Assembly: GCA_011364965.1 (NCBI GenBank)
Contig: RDOB01000001.1
Coordinates: 64,001 to 128,000, forward strand
Reading direction: 5' to 3'
Origin: Candidatus Heimdallarchaeota archaeon
GTDB lineage: Archaea > Asgardarchaeota > Heimdallarchaeia > Hodarchaeales > Hodarchaeaceae
Length of the DNA: 64,000 nucleotides
Part shown: positions 57,777-64,000 of the stretch, piece by piece
Layout: the number at the start of each line of letters is the position of its first letter
How positions within the stretch are numbered: the stretch's first letter is position 1
The notes under the pieces: model-generated
Told to the model about the DNA's origin: nothing
The model's database searches: none
What the model saw: the letters and a program-made list of their open reading frames with translations, nothing else
Made by a program: the position numbers and the translations under genes

Positions 57777-59987
57777 CTAATTCTCAACTAATTTGCTGAT
57801 TTTTTTAACTGCTTTTTCCAATAATCCTTGTGCTACGTTCCACTTCAGTCCAGATATTGCCATTGTTTGCCCCCAAGTCCTTCCTTGTAACACTCGCGTA
57901 ATTAATAGAATTTCTTGGGAGTTACTGAGTTTGATGGAGGACTTAGTAACAAAATACTTCATCGTAAGAGCATAAATTGAATCAACAGCAAGTAAAAAAT
58001 TGATTTTTCCTTCTAAATATTGTTTGAGTCTGTATTTCCCACTTGATGTGAGTTCAGGAGCGTAGCTGGGTATATTGTTGCACCATTTGAGTATTTCTTG
58101 AACAATTTCTGGTTCCATCGAATGTAAAGAGTGACGTAACAAGTTTATAAACTGAAGCTGAAAATCTTTTGAAAAACTAGGGATTATCCGCTTTGCAATG
58201 AGACTTAAGGGCTGAATCATTACTAGATTCCAAGTTCCAGTTTCCTTAGTCTTTATAGGTCGAATATGTACAGGAACGAACCCTAATTTCCCCCAAAATT
58301 TGACCAATTTTCTAGTTGCGCCAAAGCTAACCCCTAACCAGTCATTATCATGATTTTTATTAATTAAATGCGATACTGCAACCTTCCCTAGCCCACGATT
58401 CATTAAACTAGGGTGTGTTGCTATACGAACTATCCTCAAGCCTTTCAAATTCGAGAATTCCTCTGAAAAATAGCGAATTATTACACTAGGTATCAAATTT
58501 CCTTCTAGAAATTTACCTGATGTTAACAAAGAAATTTCATCATCATCTAGCAAACCTTCTTCCGAAATTAATATTGAAACAAATAGAAAATTCTTATTCG
58601 TATCTATTTTACTATAAATTCCTTCAAGATAATGTTTTTCGGAATTTGCGAGTAATTCAAGATCGTTTGGTTGATTTCGATAATGAGAATGTAGTAAAAG
58701 CCCAATATGATTACGTAAAATGTTTGAACCTTCTTTTGAGAAAAGCTGATCAGTATTTTTGTAAGATACGCTATTATATTCCTGATTTTCAATATTTTTG
58801 AGATGCTCAGGCAATTCTTGGGCTTCAGCGTTAAGTAGATACACCTTATTAAGGAATTCTTCAATGTTATCCTCAGATAAATACCTTATTGGAGTTTTAA
58901 GCTCAAAATTTGACACATGAATTTTTTCTTGTCGTTCAAGGTATTTTAAAATCTTATATTGAAATCCGCGACCTCCACCTTCATATCCATGAATTGTAGC
59001 AATATATATCTTAAGGACTTTTCTGGCCAAAATAGCTTTGAGAATATCAACTGGTATTGCAGATGCTTCTTCAAAAATTACTAGATTGGCTCTAGATTTC
59101 TCTATCACCTCATCAGGATTCAAATATGTTATTTTTATCTTATTAGATAGACTTAGCTCATATATCATATTATCTTTCTTACGAATCAGGGGATCTCTCC
59201 CCTTTAAAGAAAAAATAAGTGTAATGAACTTAAACAATGTTTGACAATTAGATAAATAGGGGGAGGATATATTAATATAAAAGGGATGTTTAACTTGATC
59301 CGTTAAAAATATCCCAATGGCGATTCCTACTGCGGCAGATTTTCCACGACCTCTATTCGCCGTTAAAACGCTGCAAAAATTAGATGATTTATTATCTACT
59401 AATTTCAATAGGAGAGTATTTATGAATCTCTGCTGTTCCTCGCTAACTGGTATTTCGATTATTTTCTTGGAAAGAGTTATAGCATATGGCATCGGATTAA
59501 ATCGAGCTTGGATTTCCTCCTTTTTTGGATTAATTAGTAGATGTTCAGAACATTCAGATAAATTAGCGAAAAACCATTGCCTAAATATTGATGTTGGAAA
59601 TTTTCCATTCCAACCCTGAAGATATGATTTTAAATCTTGAGATGTTATAAGTAGAAAAATCAAGCCTCCTCCTCTTATGCACTCTAAGAGGATGCACATG
59701 GAATTTGCAGAGATATCTCCCCTAAAATCGATGAAAATGAAATCTATTGTCTGACCTAGCAATCGAGGAATATCCTTTGTGGTATAAAAAAAGATTTTCT
59801 CTAAAGAAGATGAAATTAAATTAAATTTTTCTTGAATTACTGCTTTTAAATGGGATGAATCAGTAATTATTGCCCCAAATGCGTTTTTATTGCTTTCGGT
59901 ATTCTTCAGCCATTCGAAAAGAGAATCCAAACTTATGATTTCATCTTGAAATAAGAATATAGATCGATTATATGGTGTACTAACCAA
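57777..59987 (-). CDS. tmcA: tRNA/rRNA cytidine acetyltransferase TmcA/Nat10
   Basis: LLGQT, ANRGRGKSA, TIHGYEG.GRGF, HYRNQPNDL, RIVRIATHP, GVSFG. Confidence 0.95.
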   Translation of the reverse strand: MVSTPYNRSIFLFQDEIISLDSLFEWLKNTESNKNAFGAIITDSSHLKAVIQEKFNLISSSLEKIFFYTTKDIPRLLGQTIDFIFIDFRGDISANSMCILLECIRGGGLIFLLITSQDLKSYLQGWNGKFPTSIFRQWFFANLSECSEHLLINPKKEEIQARFNPMPYAITLSKKIIEIPVSEEQQRFINTLLLKLVDNKSSNFCSVLTANRGRGKSAAVGIAIGIFLTDQVKHPFYINISSPYLSNCQTLFKFITLIFSLKGRDPLIRKKDNMIYELSLSNKIKITYLNPDEVIEKSRANLVIFEEASAIPVDILKAILARKVLKIYIATIHGYEGGGRGFQYKILKYLERQEKIHVSNFELKTPIRYLSEDNIEEFLNKVYLLNAEAQELPEHLKNIENQEYNSVSYKNTDQLFSKEGSNILRNHIGLLLHSHYRNQPNDLELLANSEKHYLEGIYSKIDTNKNFLFVSILISEEGLLDDDEISLLTSGKFLEGNLIPSVIIRYFSEEFSNLKGLRIVRIATHPSLMNRGLGKVAVSHLINKNHDNDWLGVSFGATRKLVKFWGKLGFVPVHIRPIKTKETGTWNLVMIQPLSLIAKRIIPSFSKDFQLQFINLLRHSLHSMEPEIVQEILKWCNNIPSYAPELTSSGKYRLKQYLEGKINFLLAVDSIYALTMKYFVTKSSIKLSNSQEILLITRVLQGRTWGQTMAISGLKWNVAQGLLEKAVKKISKLVEN

Positions 59988-59993
59988 GAATAT

Positions 59994-60551
59994 CTACCCT
60001 ATTGGGATTTTCTTTACCTTCTTCTTCACCTGACTTAGAATTTCATTACATACTTCAAGTGCCATTTCATGCTCAGTTTTAATATTTTCAACTTCAGAAA
60101 TTATTTTTCTTTGCTCAGTATGAGAAACTTTCCCATCTAATCTTTTTTTAAGGGCATTTAGCCTTGGAAAACTGCTACAAATATGTGAAGAATCTGGTGG
60201 AGAACTTTTTGGATGGGAAATAAAGTCTGCGACTTCAGGGAATAACGCATAGTACAAGCGGGGGCGACCTTTTCCTACTCCTCTCCTTTCTTTCCCAATT
60301 ATCAAGTTATTTCTCTTCAAAACCTCTAGATGTCTGATAATAGACTGAGGATGATCATTGAGTCGTTCAACGAGATCATTCACAAATCCTTCTCCTGTAG
60401 CCAATTCTGCAAGCATACGTCTTCTCGTCCTGTTCGATAAGACCTTTAGAATTTCGTCTAATTCTTCAATATCGAGTTTATTTTTTTGTTCTATCTGAAA
60501 GGTTATAATCTTGAGTATTAATTCTAATTCATCCATAGGTTCATCATCCAT
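59994..60551 (-). CDS. ArsR-family wHTH regulator with C-terminal coiled coil
   Basis: VLSN.TRRRML..L, IIRHLEVL, GRPRLYY. Confidence 0.88.
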   Translation of the reverse strand: MDDEPMDELELILKIITFQIEQKNKLDIEELDEILKVLSNRTRRRMLAELATGEGFVNDLVERLNDHPQSIIRHLEVLKRNNLIIGKERRGVGKGRPRLYYALFPEVADFISHPKSSPPDSSHICSSFPRLNALKKRLDGKVSHTEQRKIISEVENIKTEHEMALEVCNEILSQVKKKVKKIPIG

Positions 60552-60565
60552 TGGTATAAGCCTCC

Positions 60566-61360
60566 TTAAACAAAATATTTTGTACCCATATCCTCATTTA
60601 CTTGTGTATCAGAATTGAGGTCAGATTTAAGTTCAGATTTCCTAAATTCCTCGATTTGTTTTTTTAAATCCGCAAAGGATAGAGAAAAACCGAAATATTC
60701 CTTTGAAAGATATTTTAAAACCTCTAATGATGAAATTGGATCAAAATCAGGTAATGATTCTATTGCAACAACATCAATGGGAATTCTATTAGGTTGGGCC
60801 CAGTAAGTTAAGAAAGAACTGGCAACTTGTCCTGTTAATGTAAAATTCTCTTTAGGAGCTGTATTTATATTAATCACAGAAGAAGCCTCAATTTTATACA
60901 CCTGTGGAAGCTCATCTAAATTCCTTTTATTGGAAAAAACGCCATCAATAAGTATAATTTTTGATACATTCAAATCTTGGTATAATTGATAGAGATTCTC
61001 CGCCAGTTGATAACTGATTATATCAGGAATAGCAAAATTTGTGCTAGTAAAGATATAGGACTGGTTTTTTAGTGAAGTGTATAACAAACTAATAGGAAGT
61101 AAAATTTCACCTGAAGATATTTGAACCATTTCATTAAAATAGTTGGAAAACACTCCTGCAATCTTTTTAGTATTCACTGATATTTTCTGAAGTTCTTTGG
61201 TAACTATCTGGCCTATAGATCCGTAGTAACCTAACATCTCTATAACAATAGCCCCGGGTGGAACGTCAGATTGCTTATGAACCATAAATTTGAGGTTCTC
61301 TTCTTCATCAGCCTTCTCTAACCAATCTTCAATTTCTCCAGTTAATTTCTCGATATCCAT
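60566..61360 (-). CDS. Divergent PAC2-family proteasome chaperone
   Basis: G.YGSIGQI, IILIDG, DPISSL..L, C-terminal KYFV. Confidence 0.75.
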   Translation of the reverse strand: MDIEKLTGEIEDWLEKADEEENLKFMVHKQSDVPPGAIVIEMLGYYGSIGQIVTKELQKISVNTKKIAGVFSNYFNEMVQISSGEILLPISLLYTSLKNQSYIFTSTNFAIPDIISYQLAENLYQLYQDLNVSKIILIDGVFSNKRNLDELPQVYKIEASSVININTAPKENFTLTGQVASSFLTYWAQPNRIPIDVVAIESLPDFDPISSLEVLKYLSKEYFGFSLSFADLKKQIEEFRKSELKSDLNSDTQVNEDMGTKYFV

Positions 61361-61384
61361 GTTAATCTTTCTCCATCTATTGTT

Positions 61385-63568
61385 TTACTTCCGAGTAATA
61401 TACTGCCCTATTGCTAAATTGAGATCAATTTCTTCAATCACTGGTTTTTTCTTTTCAATGTAAGCTCTCTCTTCCTCTTTACTTAAATTCTTTAGAGGAT
61501 TTTTGTTTTCAGCGAGAAAACGGTTGATAGAGATAAAGATCGCACGGGAAACAATCCCTTTGAGATCTGCTCCAGTTAAACCATCAGTTCTTTTCGATAA
61601 GTCCATAAGGGATACTTTGGGTGAAAGAGGTTTTGATTTTGTTAATACTTGAAATATTTCTAATCGTGATTTTTCATCTGGTAATGGAAGATCGATCACT
61701 CGTTCAAATCGACCAGGTCTCATTAAAGCAGGATCAATAATATCTGGACGATTTGTGGCAGCAATGACTATAACATCATTTAATTCCTCAAGTCCATCCA
61801 TCTCAGTTAGTAGTGTTGTCACAATACGATCACTCAAATTAACATCTGAGCTTTTCGAGCCTCTAGAGGGAACTATGGCATCAATTTCATCAAAAAATAT
61901 AATACTAGGTGCAGCAAGTCGAGCTTTTCTGAAGGTTTCTTGAATTGCCTTTTCACTTTCACCAGCCCATTTAGAAAGTATTTCGGAACATTTTAATGTT
62001 ATAAAATTACGAGATGATTCATTTGCAACAGCCCTCACCATTAATGTTTTTCCTGTTCCAGGTTTTCCAGTTAAAAGGAGACCTCTTGGTATTTGACTCC
62101 CCATATATGAGAAAAGATGGGGATGCATACTTGGTAACTCGATAATTTCTTTCAATTCATCTTTTATTTTGTTTAAACCTCCCACTTGATCCCAAGTGAC
62201 AGTGGGGATCTCAACAAAGACCTCTCTTAGCGCGCTTGGCTTCATTTCTGCTAATGCGGCTTCAAAATCTGCTTGTTGCACAGTAATTTGATTTATAATT
62301 TCCATGGGTATTTCTTCTCCCCAAACGATCTTCGGAAATACTCGTCGAATAGCGCGCATTGCAGCTTCTTTCGTAAGTGAAGCTAGATCTGCTCCAACGA
62401 ATCCATGAGTTCTTCTTGCTATTGCTTCTAAATCAACATCTTTTCCTAAGGGCATCGACCTTGTGTGGATAGTCAGAATTATAAGACGTCCATTTTGATC
62501 AGGAACTCCTATCTCGATCTCTCGATCAAATCGACCTGGACGTCTTAACGCAGGATCAATAGCATTTGCACGGTTCGTTGCACCAATGACAATAATTTCG
62601 CCACGACTTTCCAATCCATCCATTAAAGCTAGCATTTGAGAAACAATTCTTCGCTCTACCTCTCCAGCGCCTTTATCATCTCGTTTCGGTGTAATACTAT
62701 CTATCTCGTCAAGAAAGATTATACTAGGTGATTTTTCGCGAGCTTCGTCAAAATAGGCCCGAATTTTCTGTTCACTTTCACCATAGAATTTGGACATTAC
62801 TTCTGGTCCAGAAACATGAATGAAGTGAGAATCTGTCTCATTAGCCACTGCTTTTGCCAGTAAAGTCTTTCCAGTTCCTGGAGGGCCATACAACAGGACA
62901 CCTTTTGGCGGTTCTACCCCGAGTCTTTCGAATAGCTCAGGATACCTCATGGGTAATTCCACCATTTCCCTTATTCGTTGAATTGTTTCATCCATCCCTC
63001 CAATATCTTCATATGCTATTTTTGGTATAACTTTGTATTCAGTAATTAGATCAGAAGCCTCAAAGTCTGAGGTAGTGGTTTCTATGATTGTTTCTTTATT
63101 TACTATTGCAGATTTGATGGGAGGAGTCAAACCAATTACTTTATATTCGAATCGATTACCCATATATTCTACAGCTATTTTATCATCAATAGACACTGGT
63201 CTACCTTGAAATTTTTGATATAAGAACGATTCTATGTTTGAAATACGAATATTATTTTTTGGAGAGACCAGAATCACTTTTTGAGCAAAATTTGATACTG
63301 CTTTCTTGATGTATACAATTTCATCTAAACGAACTCCGGCGTTAGTTCGGATTGTTGTATCAATAGCAATTGTTGAAAGATCCGCGTCAGTAAAGGAAGC
63401 CCAAACAATAGCGGTTGTTTTTTTATTTCCAGGGCCTTTAATTTCGATAACATCACCTTCAATCAAACCAAGCTCTTTTATATTAATTTTTGAAATTCGA
63501 GCTCGTCCTTTTCCTACATCCTGATAATGCGCTTCCTTTACTTTTAACTGAAGTCCTGATTTAGACAT
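61385..63568 (-). CDS. cdc48: Cdc48/VCP AAA+ ATPase
   Basis: N-domain plus two AAA modules GPPGTGKT and [13 protein letters not shown]. Confidence 0.97.
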   Translation of the reverse strand: MSKSGLQLKVKEAHYQDVGKGRARISKINIKELGLIEGDVIEIKGPGNKKTTAIVWASFTDADLSTIAIDTTIRTNAGVRLDEIVYIKKAVSNFAQKVILVSPKNNIRISNIESFLYQKFQGRPVSIDDKIAVEYMGNRFEYKVIGLTPPIKSAIVNKETIIETTTSDFEASDLITEYKVIPKIAYEDIGGMDETIQRIREMVELPMRYPELFERLGVEPPKGVLLYGPPGTGKTLLAKAVANETDSHFIHVSGPEVMSKFYGESEQKIRAYFDEAREKSPSIIFLDEIDSITPKRDDKGAGEVERRIVSQMLALMDGLESRGEIIVIGATNRANAIDPALRRPGRFDREIEIGVPDQNGRLIILTIHTRSMPLGKDVDLEAIARRTHGFVGADLASLTKEAAMRAIRRVFPKIVWGEEIPMEIINQITVQQADFEAALAEMKPSALREVFVEIPTVTWDQVGGLNKIKDELKEIIELPSMHPHLFSYMGSQIPRGLLLTGKPGTGKTLMVRAVANESSRNFITLKCSEILSKWAGESEKAIQETFRKARLAAPSIIFFDEIDAIVPSRGSKSSDVNLSDRIVTTLLTEMDGLEELNDVIVIAATNRPDIIDPALMRPGRFERVIDLPLPDEKSRLEIFQVLTKSKPLSPKVSLMDLSKRTDGLTGADLKGIVSRAIFISINRFLAENKNPLKNLSKEEERAYIEKKKPVIEEIDLNLAIGQYITRK

Positions 63569-63607
63569 AGAAATCGTTATCTCCCATAATTCTCAGCATA
63601 AGAACTT

Positions 63608-64000
63608 TTAATCAACTTTAACCTTCATTCCTTCTTTATCAGGGCATGATTGTTTTTTCAATTCAACCTCTAACACACCATTTTTGAACTTGGCTACTGC
63701 AGACTCAGGAATTATGATACAGGGCAATGTTAGCTCTTTATAATACCTTCTACGTCCATCTTTAGATTCAGCTTGAATTAAAAGACTATTATCTGTAGAA
63801 GAAAGGTCAATATCTTCTTTAGTCACTCCTGGAATTTCTGCTATGATTCGGAGATGTTCTAAATCGTCAATAATATCTATTAAGGGTTCACGTTCATCTG
63901 AAAACCGTTTTTCTCCACTTACTTGACGTTTGGGTGTATTTCCGAATCTTTCCACCCTTGGACGTCCATCGGGGCCTTGAGTCATTCTGAATCCCCAAAC
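63608..64000 (-). CDS. hsp20: Small heat shock protein Hsp20, N-terminus outside window
   Basis: VWGFRMTQGPDGRP...FGN, EPLIDI, AEIPGV, KNGVLEV, VKVD; frame open to the window edge. Confidence 0.93.
   Translation of the reverse strand, partial: VWGFRMTQGPDGRPRVERFGNTPKRQVSGEKRFSDEREPLIDIIDDLEHLRIIAEIPGVTKEDIDLSSTDNSLLIQAESKDGRRRYYKELTLPCIIIPESAVAKFKNGVLEVELKKQSCPDKEGMKVKVD

Noticed and set aside
58520-59619. Several short ORFs inside tmcA
   Set aside because: Shadow or alternate-frame ORFs without motifs
1-64000. CRISPR array, rRNA, transposase/integrase, selenoprotein or SECIS
   Set aside because: No regularly spaced repeats, rRNA-like tracts, mobile element genes or in-frame TGA readthrough candidates were seen by eye; tRNA flanks show no att duplications

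Overview
AT-rich archaeal core-genome window, very likely from an Asgard archaeon (Heimdallarchaeia-like; this is inference). Support comes from Rpo8/RPB8, SmAP3, eL41, a eukaryote-like Sec61beta, a TRAP-beta-like protein, GET3, RPA32/RPA14 and an Asgard-style RING protein. It is dominated by information-processing genes: fragmented ribosomal protein clusters, RNAP subunits, TBP/TFB/TFS, C/D and H/ACA RNP proteins, KEOPS, TmcA and a two-subunit splicing endonuclease. It also carries proteostasis genes (Cdc48, Hsp20, two PAC2-family proteins), lipid and cofactor enzymes, and a K+-independent membrane H+-PPase. There are four tRNAs; three have introns and one of those is at a non-canonical position. 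The most interesting observation is two polyproline proteins with WAVE/WASP-like C-terminal motifs: a soluble coiled-coil-polyPro-CA-like protein and a multi-pass membrane protein ending in a WH2-like motif, which together suggest an undescribed membrane-anchored actin-regulating system. Other highlights are a membrane-anchored alpha-solenoid-RING protein, a triple winged-helix protein, a CBS-HPF hibernation factor, a probable FolC2-type CofE, several small genes missing from the ORF track, and candidate structured RNAs. No rRNA, CRISPR array or mobile element was seen. All homology calls are from motif recognition by eye, not database searches.
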